Shown here one piece after another: positions 42,701 to 55,942 of a DNA stretch of 64,000 nucleotides. Made by a program: the position numbers and the translations under genes. This DNA comes from Paragordius varius (Eukaryota > Animalia > Nematomorpha). The stretch's first letter is position 1. The number at the start of each line of letters is the position of its first letter. The notes beneath the pieces were generated by a model. The model had not been told where the DNA came from and did not search any database. It saw nothing but the letters and a program-made list of their open reading frames with translations. The DNA lies in assembly GCA_964247055.1 (NCBI GenBank), contig OZ176053.1:6510001-6574000 (forward strand). The letters are read 5' to 3'.

Positions 42701-43449
42701 ATTGTTTATAGTATGGTTAAAAATGCGTTATTTTTAATTCTATGAAAATCTATAGAAAAACATTAGTACAACCATTAATCTTAATTTGTCTTCATTTAAA
42801 GTTAGTTATAAAACGATATTTTATGATGGTACTTGTTAAATTTTTGTTTGTTTTATTTAACAAAATAAACTTTTTACCAAAAATAGCTCATGAGATTGTA
42901 TTATTATCAGCTAAACCGCTATTTCCTAAAATATTTTGTGAGGCTTATATTATAATAATAATAATATAGAAAGGTTAATTTGCGCTGCTTGTTTTTAAAT
43001 ATTACGTTTTTATATTTTCTAAAATGACGCTAGCCAAAACATAGATCACTAAAAATGATAACTCATGTCTCAAATAATAACCTTTATTATCAAATAAAAA
43101 TGATTTTTGTATACATTTATGGTATCTATCTACTCATAAAATATATAAATAAAAAAAAATTAATAATAACCTTCATCATACACTTCATATCATTTTACCA
43201 TATTTCACACATAACAGGTAAGTACAAAAAAAGAGCTATTAATTTATTTGATTTAGACCATACTTATTAAAAACCTTTTTTGCGTATTATCCTTTTTGAC
43301 CATTATCGTCAAAAGTTCAGGGGTAAAACCTTCAAAATTAACTCTAATTACATTGGCGAAAACTATATAAAAGACGCAAAATCTATAATGATACCATCCT
43401 TAAAAAATATATTTTACGCTTACTTTACACATCATCCTATACGAACGAA

Positions 43450-44252
43450 ATGGCCAAATTTACTGTTTTTCTAGCCCTAGCTCTCATTCTCGCTATTAGT
43501 TGGGTATCGTGTCAACCAAGTATAATCTAAAACATTTAATTTTTCTTTTTTATGATATGGTTTCTTTGATTTACATTAATTACCGGTCAGATCCAAGTGT
43601 CAATTATTTTATTACCAAGATATTTTGTTGATTAAGAAACTAAAATTTTGGTTGTTTGTATCCAACATGACCCTGGGTTTTCCAATGTTAAATTTAAAAA
43701 TTTGTTTATATAATATTTAAAAAACCCACTCTAAATAGTGTCTCAACTATTTTCAAAAATTATATCCAAAATTAATATAAATATAGAGTTATTAAGTAAT
43801 TATACCTGTTGATTAATATAACTGATTTCTCACAGATGCGGCATACATCAAGGAATTGCAAGATAAATTATATTCAGACTTACGCCATCAAATCGATTAC
43901 ATTGTGGCATATGGTAATTTTATTAAAACATTTAAAGATACATCAAAATAAGCCTTAATAAATGGTATAGATTTTAAAAATTAGCCCCTTTTTGTGTCTT
44001 TTTTTTTCAATTAATTTTTACTTTACGCATTTCACATTTGAATGCTATAATGTAATTTAATTTAAAAATGGTATATCCCTTGTTCGTCTATTATTTTTGC
44101 TTATTATTTTATCCATTTTTGGGGATTTTAAAAACCATATTGTTTACATTATAGGTTTGGATGCATTTTGCCGCAACCGGTGCATAACTGAAAGTAGAAC
44201 CTTGAGCCGATGTGCCGAATGTCCAGAAGATATACAGAAACAATTTCAATAA
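43450..44252 (+). CDS. Small secreted four-cysteine peptide, 3 exons, 81 aa, family unrecognised
   Basis: Exons 43450-43519, 43836-43913, 44155-44252; GT-AG, both introns phase 1; 246 nt. Protein MAKFTVFLALALILAISWVSCQPNAAYIKELQDKLYSDLRHQIDYIVAYGLDAFCRNRCITESRTLSRCAECPEDIQKQFQ. Typical signal peptide; the exons are GC-richer than the flanks. Confidence 0.8.
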
Positions 44253-44307
44253 TTGGCTTTAACAACATTCTTTACACACCTATGGCATTTTCTAATATGT
44301 TATTTAA

Positions 44308-44312
<5 letters not shown>

Positions 44313-44348
<36 letters not shown>
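44313..44348. repeat. (AT)18 microsatellite
   Basis: Perfect AT dinucleotide run ~60 bp after the peptide stop codon. Confidence 0.95.
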
Positions 44349-44350
<2 letters not shown>

Positions 44351-44687
44351 ATTATTCAGCAATATGAGCAACTTGTTAAATAAATTTAGTTAATGCACAA
44401 ACTTTATTTTAATACTTGGACCACATACCAAAATATTGAGTGCGATTCGTTTGTTTGATAATTCAATAATTTAATTGTATGATATGGCGGTTGATCCAAT
44501 TAAATTGTAGAGTTGACTCATTTTTTTTTGAATTCAAAAAACTTATTTGAGCTTTATATTTTGGTACTAATAAGATTGTAATTAAGGTTTGAATCAGGAG
44601 AATTATATCGCTCCTTTTAATAAACATATTTTAAATATTGGTTTATTCTAGCTGTTGTAATTAATTATAGAGTAAAATCCTTAAATA

Positions 44688-45127
44688 CAGGGGTCGTCAA
44701 CCTAGGGCTCGCGAGCCAAACTTGGCTCGTTCGTGTGTTTTTATATGGCTCGTCAAAGTATTGAGAAAAATTTAAAAAAATTAAAATTTAGTAAGCGTAC
44801 CGACGGGCTGTAAATCATGACAACTTTTCAGAAAATTTAGCATTTTGTTTCAACAGACACTTTTATATAAAATGAATAGATGAAAAAACTATATTAATGA
44901 AGAAAACGATATCTCAATTTTTATTTAAAAAAGAGTGCGAAATTGCTAATCATAAACAAATTATTATTATTATTATGTGGCATGTAACGTTAAGAATATT
45001 TTTTTCGATTTTATTAATTTACTATTATGTTAGCATAGAGTACTATTTCAATTATATTTACAAGCGTAGGGCTCGCCTAAAATTTTCTATTTTGAAAATC
45101 GCTCACCAAAAGAGGTTGCGACCCCTA
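44688..45127. mobile_element. Non-autonomous hAT (Charlie-type) element / MITE, 440 bp
   Basis: TIRs CAGGGGTCGTCAACCT ... AGGTTGCGACCCCTA; subterminal palindrome GGCTCGCGAGCC. Flanking 8-mers CTTAAATA and CTTTAACA match at 6/8, consistent with a decayed 8-bp TSD. Confidence 0.8.
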
Positions 45128-45623
45128 CTTTAACATATATATACATATTTAAAATTTGTTTTAGTTAATATTAAATTTATTTGGAAATAAAATTTGACAC
45201 AAAAGCCAAAAAAATTTAAACTTTTCTTCTAATAGAAAATGTTTCTGTGACCATATTTTGTAATTATTAATATTTATAATCTTTAAATTATAACATTACA
45301 TCTAAAATAATATATAGTAATTGACCAAGTATGCGCTGTAATAATCGAAATGGCTTCACAACCTAAAAAGCATTTGAATAATATTCATAATACCTTCAAC
45401 AATTGATAGGACAAGCCTTTATAATTTCATATATAAGATAAAATGTAAAAAAAATAGGTCCAGAATTTTAATAGCCAAAAAATAAAATTTATCAAAAATA
45501 TTTATTAATAATAAAGCTATCAGACGCCAAACACTTGGCAGACACTGTATTTATTATAGAATGCGCAATTCTAGATAACCAAATTTTATATACGGTTTAT
45601 ATGTTTTTTTGAAAAAAATTTAA

Positions 45624-48600
45624 ATGAATAGACAATCATTTTATTTATGTTGGAATTGCTTAATAAGTCTTTCCACCTTTTCATATTATAATGCTTATGA
45701 TTTTAGATATGAAACCAATCACGCATATCTTCATAATGAAACCTTAAAGCCATTTAATTATAACAATAATTTTAAATATATTAAAAATTCTTCAATTTCA
45801 TCCATAAACTATACGTTAAAGAGAATGACAAGAAAACACCCTATATTAAAGTCGCCCTTGGCCGAAAGTAATATGTTAAAAAATGGCTTATCTTACCATA
45901 ATAAAACAACACAGCTTTTATTAAATAATAATAATCATTCAAACTTTGTGCAAAATTTACCCAACAATATCATATCCAAAATTATATCATACAATTATTC
46001 CAACAAAAGTTTTTTGAATCTTGATTTTACTACCCAATACTATATTGATTTGAAAAATTTGTTTTTTGAAAATTTAAATACCTCTGCATTTGAAGAAAAC
46101 CCAAGCTCTGTTTATCTTGGTAACAATATTTTAAGTAATGACCCCAAAAATTTAAATAACATTGTTGAAGATACCGATTTAATAATTGATGATGATATTA
46201 ATGAGACAAAACCAACTATGACGGGCACAATGAGAAAATACGATATAAACAACAATCATAAAGGGTTAGCTATAAAATTTTGATTTATGCAAGTTTCTAT
46301 TTTACTAACAATCAAAAATAATCATTAAAATGTGATTAATTTTTTGAAAACAACTTTATATTAATTTAAATGGGTATATTTTTTTCATATAAGTTAGAGG
46401 ATTTACTTGAACAGCACGTTATGACAGTGTTTAAATATTTAAACATGCTGGTACACCCATGGTTTACCCAATTTTGCATATTTTACACATGTATAACAAA
46501 AAATTTTATAAATTATAAAACTAATTTATCTGAGGCCTAATAATCTATTAGGTTAAATTTTATATGGGTCCTCCATCCAAAATCCAGAATCATTTTTTAC
46601 ATTTTAAATAATAGACTCCAATAAGGATTCAATCACGCTACCCGTATATTGAACCTAAAACTATCCTACTAACTATTACAAAATGTTGGGTCCGAAAAAT
46701 GTGTTATAATATATCTAGTTTTGATAAAAGTTCTTGGTTAAAAAAATTTTTTAATACAAATAATTGGAATTATAGCCCCACACAGCGCACCTAAATAAAA
46801 TAATATTAAATTTTAATATTTACAATTTATTAATACAGGAAAAAGTTTTTTTACCATATTATAAAAGCTCTATATTTATTATATGGTCATTTTTGAGAAT
46901 TTGAGACTGGATTTATCTAATTCAGCTTGATTCATAATCTGTCAACCCTAATTCATACCTATTTCATATATACTAATGAATATTTTTACGAAGAAAACGA
47001 GGTGATCTATTGACAGTATTTAAATATATTAAAATTGCGTTGGCAAAATTGGAAAACATAAACAGCTGATTATCAAAATTACTTATTTGTGCAATAAAAC
47101 GCTATTACAGCTAAAATATTTAAATAAAACTTTAGATATATATAACCTTATTATAAAATTTCCAGACTTAATGATAACTTAATTAACTTTATTTTCTCAA
47201 ACGTAATCAATTCTTTTTATTGTGTGAATTTAGCAACATCCCATAAACACTTATATTCGTGAAAGTCAATTATTTTGTGTTCCTGGTATAAAATATATAA
47301 TTTTATAAGGTGTTTAATTTTATTTAAGAAGTCTATAAGACTTATCAACTGTTTAGGCCGTTTCGCTCTGGCCTTAAATTTTTTGATTTTTAGCTTCATT
47401 TACTCTAAAAAATTTGGTCAAATTCGACCTAAATGTTATAATAAACTTATATATTGTAAATTTAATTTAATATCTGGATTTATTTCAGAAATTCATAGTA
47501 TCTGCTAAATTTCTATTTCATTCTTTTCAGATATGCCAATACCCCAAAACCGTTTATCAACTCTCGCGCACATACAGCTTTACAAATGTTTAAATACAAA
47601 CATAAACCGATTCATAAATCGCTTTTATCTAGCTTTAAAACTGAAAATTTTAATAAAAGCATTATCACAATCGTTTCCCCAAATCTTTCTTCTTATAACT
47701 CAAACTGGCATTCAAAGAATGATAGTAATCATAATTTATGCAACAAAATAAAATGTAACACCAATGCTCTGTGTGATAAAACTCTACCCAATCACCCAAA
47801 ATGTCGTTGTAAGTATGGTTACGATGGTGATGGCATTACTTGTCGCGGTATATTATATATTATATTTTAAAATCAAAATTTGACATTGACCCCTGCCACA
47901 AAATCGATATAACATATTAGAAATTAATTTTGATCCATAATAATAATGTATTGTTGTTAATCAAGAAGCGCACTGCGGTTTGGTTAACTTTGTTAATGTT
48001 TAGCATTTATTCGGTGGTATCAGTCTTTATCGCCCCGATTAAACTGACTCGATCCAAATTTAAAAATGTACTTAGTATACAATGCAGATGCAGATTTATA
48101 ATATTTGTTCTAAGACCAAAGCCTGCCAAAATACATTTCAGATAGAATAATATAATTTGATATTTTTTGCTTTTAATAAACACTTCGTTACCTTTAAGAG
48201 TTGTTTTCTACCCCGGCAATTAAGAATAATTCAATATGATTTTTTTTAAATAAATCATTTTTTACAATAAAAGTCATTTATTGTTAAATAAGATGTACTC
48301 GCCACCGACATAATTTTAATTTGTTCTATGATAGCGACTTTCAGAGATAATTATTAAACAAAAAACTTTAATAACTATATCTTTCTTCATAGAGCTTATA
48401 CTTAATTCTATTAAACTGCGATGTTAGAACACTATGTAAGCTCAACATTACATATTAATAAAATAGGTGTTCTTATAAATATTTTATCATTGATTTTTTA
48501 GAGTTATTGTATCACAAAGATCGTCGCCTAAGGAAAAAGTTAAAACTTAAACAGGATTATATGAAGGATGTTCAAGGTATAATATATATTTTGAATCACA

Positions 48601-51600
48601 TTACATATTTTATAGTTCACTCAAAAAGGTAAGAAAAATCCGCACGCCAATATACGGTTTATACTAGATGCATTTGGTTCGAGTTATAAAATAAGTTTTG
48701 AACCTGGGAACATATGGAAAACTTGCATTTTTGTATAAATTTTCATCAAAGTCACAATTTAATTTATCGACAGCTATATTAAAACAAATTTTTAGTCTTA
48801 AATTATAATATAAATACTAGATGGGCATACATGTCGGATACCCCATATTTGCGGTAATGGGGAAGAATGTATCGAAATTGGTGCTAAAAATCACATTTGC
48901 ATTTGCAAACCAAATTATGAGGAAGACCACCGCGATAATGATTCGTTTAATACAAATTGTATTCCAGCAAATAAATTGAATGATACGCTTTTAAAATCAG
49001 CTAAAACTTATGCGAAGGTAAACTGATTGCAAATATAGATTGTAAATTAATAACATATATTACATTAGACACCTCATGCATGTTTGAGTTTTGATTGCGT
49101 ACGTGTTCTAAGCTATTTATGGTTGTATGTATTGACTAACTGAGCTTCTGATTTATATACAAATAGAACTTCAAAACAATGCATTATTATTAAATACTTT
49201 AAAAAGAAAAATACTAACAGTATGCACATTTATGCTGACTTATACACATTATTGATGGCCAACGGCAAAACAGTAGTGTATGGGTAAAAATGACAAAATG
49301 TTGAAATTAAATAATTGTTTCCCATCTTACAACATTAATATGTTTTAGTTATGTACAGAATTTGTATCGAAACACAGGCTACTCTATTAACGATTGGCCA
49401 ACAATAATGTGGAAAGGCCAGCTTAAAATGTGCATACTTAAAATTTGGTGGAAATCCTACATGTTATAATTGGTAATTTAAACCAAAATATTTACTCTTG
49501 AAACCAAGGAATTATGAAAGTAATAAACGACCACCGAAAAAACAATTTATGAATTTTGAAAAAATATAATTAACAAAATTAAAAAATGAGATCCAAAGTT
49601 TCTATTAACAGATAAAATATTGTTTAAAATGAAATTATATTATGCGTCAGGTTGCAAATGAAAAGGAGAAGTTGGCTAAAGAAATGGAATTTATGGCACC
49701 AATGCTCATAGCCTTGAAGGACGAAGGTGCCAATTATACATATTCCGGTAATTAAAATAAATTACTTGATTAACAAAATTCCATTCAATTTAAAATTAAA
49801 TCATATATTATATTCAATTTTTGGGTGTATGTAGGTATAATTAAAAATGCTTTCATTTTTTTAATCATGACGGAAAAATAATGAATTAATAATAAAATAT
49901 GGGAACGCGTTAGTAGCACAAATAAGTGATTATGAGATGTGACATTGCGTGTAGAAAACGATTCCTTATAAATAATGATTCATAGAACCGGAACTCTCTG
50001 AAAATAATCCTGTTTAGCGGGACCCCGTTCCATTGAGTAGAAGTTGTTTAAAAATATTTATATTTCAGCATACCCCGGTTAAATTTTATAGGAAAACTAA
50101 CTCTTACCCTGTTTTCTATACTATTTTTGTTAGGCTCAAACAAATTTTTAGTTTTCTATAATTTATTATTATCTTGTTTTTCATCAAGGAATATTTAACT
50201 ATATTTAATTATTTTAAACATTTAAGATAACGAAACAAATAATAAAAGTAACGAGGAATCTTTTGAAGATTATCAGTGCAGACAATGCAATCCATCAGGT
50301 TCTGAATGTTTGGTTGATGGCACGAAAACTAATTTTACCCAATGTATATGTTACCCTGGATATTATGGTTCCCACTGTCAACACAGAAGTAATCCATTTG
50401 AATATGTAATGTTTAATCAGCCAAATATGTCAAATATGTAGTTTAACTAATTAATATTTTTAGTAGGGAAACTGACCAAATTTCAAATCCAAATGGTATT
50501 CACGTTTATATAACAAAAAACAAATAATTTTAAGCAGCCGTCTAATAAAAAAAATTTTATACATCCTATTTTTATGAATCTAAATGACTAACTTTACAAA
50601 TCAATAGATACTAAAATTTTTATTAGATTCTGTAATAAACTTCGTCATATAAAGTAAAGCGTCTAAAATGTAAATAATCCAAGTTGTTATGGAGAAAAAA
50701 CGAAGTTAGTATGTAATTGCTTTTTTTTGCATATTAGTTTAACTTTCTATAAAAAATATGTGATATACCCGCTTAATACCTGATATAGAAAAAGTTAAAT
50801 GCTTGTTTAATGAATCAATATGTTAAAATTTGGTTTTATATTTTTCAAAGCTTGTTATTTAAAGTATTATCAGTATTTTGCTATCAATACTCAAAAAGCA
50901 ATTATATAACTTAATCTCGATTACCGAACGGGTTAACCACATGTTTTAAATTCAACCAGGGAGCCCATTAAATATAAAAATCATTATTTAAATTTTATAC
51001 ATTCAGTTTCATACTAAATTTTATAATATGTTTGATGTTATTTAACAATCATTGTTACGCTTTACATGATGATATCAAGTATCGTAAAGTTATAAAGTTT
51101 ATAGTATGTTGTGCAAAGTAACCATTTGATTAATGGGTAAGCTTTATAGCATATCTATTTAAATTCAACTGACTAAAAAGATTTTGAGTTAATTTTCTTA
51201 AAATGCCCCAAAATTATTTTTTGAGCCAAGGCTTATCCTGATGAAAATATCCCAACATTTGAAACTATATTTTTAACACTAAACTATGTAAAAGCATCAA
51301 CTCAGAATTACTTTAAACACTATAGCTTTTATATAATTTTTCTTTCAATAGCATTTCAGAGGCTTGATAGTTTGATAGATATTTAAAAATTTACAACAAA
51401 AAATTTATAATTAAATATGTCAACAATATGTTCAATTTTTAGATTATGTAAGTTTCAGAACAATGAAAAATATTTAGCTATTCTACACGAATTATCATAA
51501 AAGACAGTCTCTATTTATACAAATTTAAATTTTTTATGTAGTTTTAGTTAGTATAAATTATTATTTTAAAAATAGATTTGTTCTACATCAATGGGTACAG

Positions 51601-52420
51601 AAAGCAGACAATATATTACTATGTTGGACTTTTGTTTCTTATAGTTTTTATACTTACATCGTTGTGCGTAATAAATTGCTCATGCAAGTATGGACGTAGC
51701 AGGAATAGGTATATAATTATGATAGGAAAAATTATTAACGGTTTTTGTTAGTCAACTTTTATGCCTGCTATTGCAGATCACAATCATTGAAAGTCAAATT
51801 ATTTTAATATGCGTTCCTATTCATACCTATAGGTTTAAATATAATTTTGTTGCAATCCCTTTCTGTAATATAAAGGTCATATGGCGTTAAAAGTGGTAAA
51901 CGGCAAAACAAATACAAGGCTGATGTCAAACAATTATTTACTAGGAGAAAAAGAAGTTTTTTAGACAAAAGTAATATTGAATAAAATAACTCTCATAATT
52001 GATATTACTACATTTCCATATTTACATCCGTTATTAGAAAATAGAGAAGGTTATAGTTTTTTACATACATCTTCCAAATCTCCAGACTCCTATTTTACAT
52101 TGGGAGGTGAATACAGCTCGACCCCATCTTCAGTGGGTTCACACAACGATGATTTTCAACAAAGGGATTTAACTCCATTTGGGGATCAGCGCTTTGGAAA
52201 CAATAAAAATTTGACAGATATGAAAACCGCAATCTATTATTTGCCCAAAAACTATGGGGGTGCAATTATGACGGAAACAGAACTGGTCGGTAATGAAAAC
52301 GATGTTAAAACATTTTCCAATCATAACATATCAAGTGACAAACAGCTACATACATATAATAACGATGTATCCAAACCAAATCATGAGAAATTACATGTAA
52401 CAACTAATAACAATCTTTAG
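45624..52420 (+). CDS. Type I membrane protein with three EGF-like domains, ~665 aa, 8 exons (model)
   Basis: Exons 45624-46264, 47531-47847, 48502-48576, 48821-49017, 49651-49747, 50227-50388, 51576-51708, 52045-52420; 1998 nt, phases consistent. Architecture: probable signal peptide, N-rich spacer, EGF1 (CNKIKCNTNALC...CRCKYGYDGDGITC), EGF2, EGF3 (CRQCNPSGSEC...CICYPGYYGSHC), TM (YYYVGLLFLIVFILTSLCVI), cytoplasmic tail. The 49651 exon and the exact C-terminus are less certain. Confidence 0.75.
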
Positions 52421-53569
52421 AATGAAATGAATGAAAACGCACAAAAAATAAATGTGTCATATGAATAAAAATATAGAATCAATTAAAAAAATCATTGTTA
52501 TAATCCGATTATCGCTAAAATTATAAATTTTGATTTGTCATATTGTAAAGCTGGGCGTCAGGCTGAAAGTACGGAAGAAAATACCAATGTGAAGCAACAA
52601 AAAATTATGTTAGTTGCTATCTTTGATATTTAAAATTTATAAGTTTATAAACCAGAAACATTTTTAAAACCTGTTAAAAAATTCTGATCGCTCACTCTTT
52701 GTGTTTTTTGTGTATTTTCTGGGCAATTGGTTTTAAAAATATGAGACGGTTAGAGCTTATACTTTTATATATATGCTTTAAATATATGGATTACAAATCC
52801 GTTCGGTTAAAAACGAATTCTAATTTGCGCACAATTTTTGATTTTTTTTTTATTTTAGTCATAAAAGGAGTCTATATTATCATGCAAAGTTTGCCTCAAT
52901 ATCTAAATTACTAATAGATTCGGGATATTTTCCTGTACACCATGGATGAAGGCATAATATTTTAGTCCATGTTTCAATTAAAATATATAATTATAATATA
53001 AAAAATGTGGACTGTTAAGCATATGGTTGCATACTATGTAGTCATCTCAGTGGATGCCAAATTATAAATCGCTGTTTTGAGATAACATAGATTGTGCGAT
53101 GTTGGCCTAGAAATTGGATAAATTCATTTCTTACAAAAACATAATTTTAATCTATATATTTATAAAAATGGAAAATGCTGGATTTGTGATCTGTTTCCGA
53201 AAAACCGGTAGACCCATTGTAATTCAAATGTCGAAAAATAATTATTAATGAATGCCCCGACAATAGCTTCGCCCTTTTTATTAGGCCCCCTGTTCGGGCC
53301 CACCCCGCGTAAAAAACAGGTTTTTTAAAAACAGGTCTTCATTTGAGACAATTTTAAGGAAAACGTGTGGGCCATTCGATTTCGAATACGATTTTTTTTA
53401 CTTTTTTTTCGATTACGCTGAACATAGTCGGCTCGCTGTTTTAATATAGGCCCTCCTTTTACCCGCTCCCCCTATAAAATGTAGTTTTTTTAAAAAAAAT
53501 CAAGTCCACAAAAATAATTTTTTGAAACTATTTTTCGCCCAAGGTAGGGACCGTAAAGATTTAATGAGG

Positions 53570-55300
53570 ATTCCAGGTATTCTCTGTTAAAAGGCAAAAA
53601 TTTTAGTCGTGATGTATTAATATTGGCTGTTGGGTAAGGAAATACCAGCTAAAAACTACCCCGTCGTATCGAAATGCTGAATTTCAGAAAATCTATAAGA
53701 CTATATGAGTTCAATAAACGCTTAAAATATTACACGTAACAAGTCAAAAATTTAAGTCATGCGGTTTTTGACAATTAGCTGTTAATTAGGCCCTTCACGC
53801 CCTGAAAAATGCGCCGCCAAATGTTTTTTAAGTTTTGAGGCAAATTTTCCAATCACTAATGAGCCAGGTATTCTCTGTAAAAAGGCAAAAATTTTAATCA
53901 AGCGCTTTTTTTGTATTAGCCTCTGAGCAGGAAGCTACCCGCCTGAAACCACCATCTCAAAATTGCGCTCTTTAAGAGTTAATTTTCAGAAAACTTATCA
54001 GACTACATAGGTTTAATAAGCGCCTGAAATATTACCCGTAAAAGGCAAAAATTTAAGTCGAGCGGTTTTTTTAAAATTAGCAGTTAATTAGGCCCTTTAT
54101 GCCCTAAAAAATGCCTTAATTAAACTATCTTTCGTTTTGAAGCCATACTTCCAAAAACTATTTAGAACATATGGAATCAATGATGATTTGAAGTATTCCC
54201 CTATAAAGGGCAAAAAATTTTATCGAACGACTTTTCTATGTTTACTGGGTAGGGGCTACCCGCCTACATTTGGGCCACCATATAGATACGACGTGACTTT
54301 GGACGCAAATTTTAGAAAGTTATCAGGCCATATGAGTTCAATAAGGTCTCATTACTCATAAAAAGGCAAATTCAAGTAGAGCGGTTTTATTAAATTACCC
54401 CTTAATTAGGCCGTTGCCCTAAATGCACCACCATAGATTGACTTTTTGGTTTTGATGCAATTTTTCGAAGATCCCACGAGAGCAGATGATGATTCCAGGT
54501 ATTACCCTGATTAAGGTAAAAATTCGAGCTTTTTGTTTCGCCCCTGGTTAGGGAGCTACCTACCCAAAATTGCGTCACCATATCGATACAGCATACCTTT
54601 TGGAGTCAATCTTCAGAAAACCTATGAGACGAGTGCAATAAGGGCCTAAAATATTTATTATCTCTTAAAAAACAATATTTTAGTATGATATGGTATTTAA
54701 TGAAGTAAAGTTTTACGCCCTGAAAAATGCGCCGCCATAGAACATTTTTTTAGTTTTGAAGCAATATTTCCAAAAACTTATAGGAACATATGGAAGCTAT
54801 GATAATTCCAGATATTCCCCATATAAAGGCAAAAATTTTGCCCAATGCTTTTTTTCCACTTGCCCATGGGTAAGAAGCTACCCGCCAAAAACTGCACCAT
54901 ATAGAAATTGCGTTGTTTTGGAGCTAATTTACAGAAAATTTATTAAGCCATATGAGCTCATTAAGAGTTTGAAATATTACCCGCAACTAGGTAAAAATTA
55001 AGGTCAGGCGTTTTTTTATTAGTTGTTAATTTGGGGCCTTTAATGGCCATCATATAACGATTTTTGTGTTGAGGTATTTTTTCGAATAACCCATCAGAGA
55101 ATGGTATCAAAGATGACTCCAAATATTTGCCCCATAAAGGCAAAGTATTTAATTCAGAGCTTTTTTCATATACGTTTGGGTAGGGGCCTACTGGTTTAAA
55201 ACAGAGACGCCATACAAAGATAACGTGGTTTTGGAGATTTTCAAAAAACTTAAGAAGGCATACGAGTTTAAAGGCTCTAAATAATGCCAATGAAAAATAA
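53570..55300. repeat. Diverged tandem array, ~310-bp unit built from two ~155-bp subunits, ~6 units
   Basis: The CCAG(G/A)TATTC..TAAAGGCAAAAATTTT motif recurs near 53573, 53864, 54191, 54496, 54809, 55119. The AGGCAAAAA-like core recurs at 53883, 54043, 54208, 54364, 54514. Paralogous ORF-track hits 54137 and 54756 are offset by 619 bp. Confidence 0.85.
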
Positions 55301-55910
55301 AAATTATAGTATAGCAGTTTCTTCCGGTCATCAATTTGGGGTCCAGTAAACAATATGTTAGTATGAATGCACAGTTTTGAAAATGATGAGTTAATAACTA
55401 TTAAATAATGTTTCGAAAAAATCCACATATATGGATCACAATTTTGTTAATCCATTTTTTCAAATCCCCCCCCCAAGAAGTCCGAAGGATTTCCTCGGAC
55501 TGCGTAGCAGCCCGATTTACGCTAATATAATATATTAAAACGACATCATATGCTTCACCTGTATCACCGATAACAATTTTGCACGGTTGAATTATAATAT
55601 CGAATAGAAAAAATAGACATGCGAAATAATTTATTGGTTCCAGATAAAAAAATTTTATCCTCACTTAAATGATTTAAAAGTTATATTTTAAGCCGGAATG
55701 CAGCTTGTCATCATAAATAGTATATAATTCTTAAATAAATGTATTTATTATTACGATAATTTTTTTGTAGGCTTTTGTGTAGTGGGTATATATTATTTTA
55801 GAGGTGATTTGGGTATTTGCGGATTGACACAAAATTATTTATGTATATATAATGATAAGGAAAGTTTACACGTAAGTTTTCATTCATAAAAGACAGATAA
55901 AAATTATACC

Positions 55911-55932
<22 letters not shown>
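55911..55932. repeat. (AT)11 microsatellite
   Basis: Perfect AT run. Confidence 0.9.

Positions 55933-55942
<10 letters not shown>

Noticed and set aside
40000-43400. AT-rich ORFs between HAL and the peptide gene (40522, 42032, 42742, 43055)
   Set aside because: I/L/F/K/N-rich composition expected from random AT-rich DNA; no motifs or coherent splice pattern.
49070-49472. Possible follistatin-N-like exons (TPHACLSFDC; ASLKCAYLKFGGNPTCYNW) in the EGF gene
   Set aside because: No acceptor/donor combination kept the frame open into the next exon; left out of the model but worth an RNA-seq look.
54137-55664. ORFs 54137-54361, 54756-55001, 54961-55428, 55401-55664
   Set aside because: They lie in or beside the diverged tandem array; sibling units have stops and no domain is recognisable.
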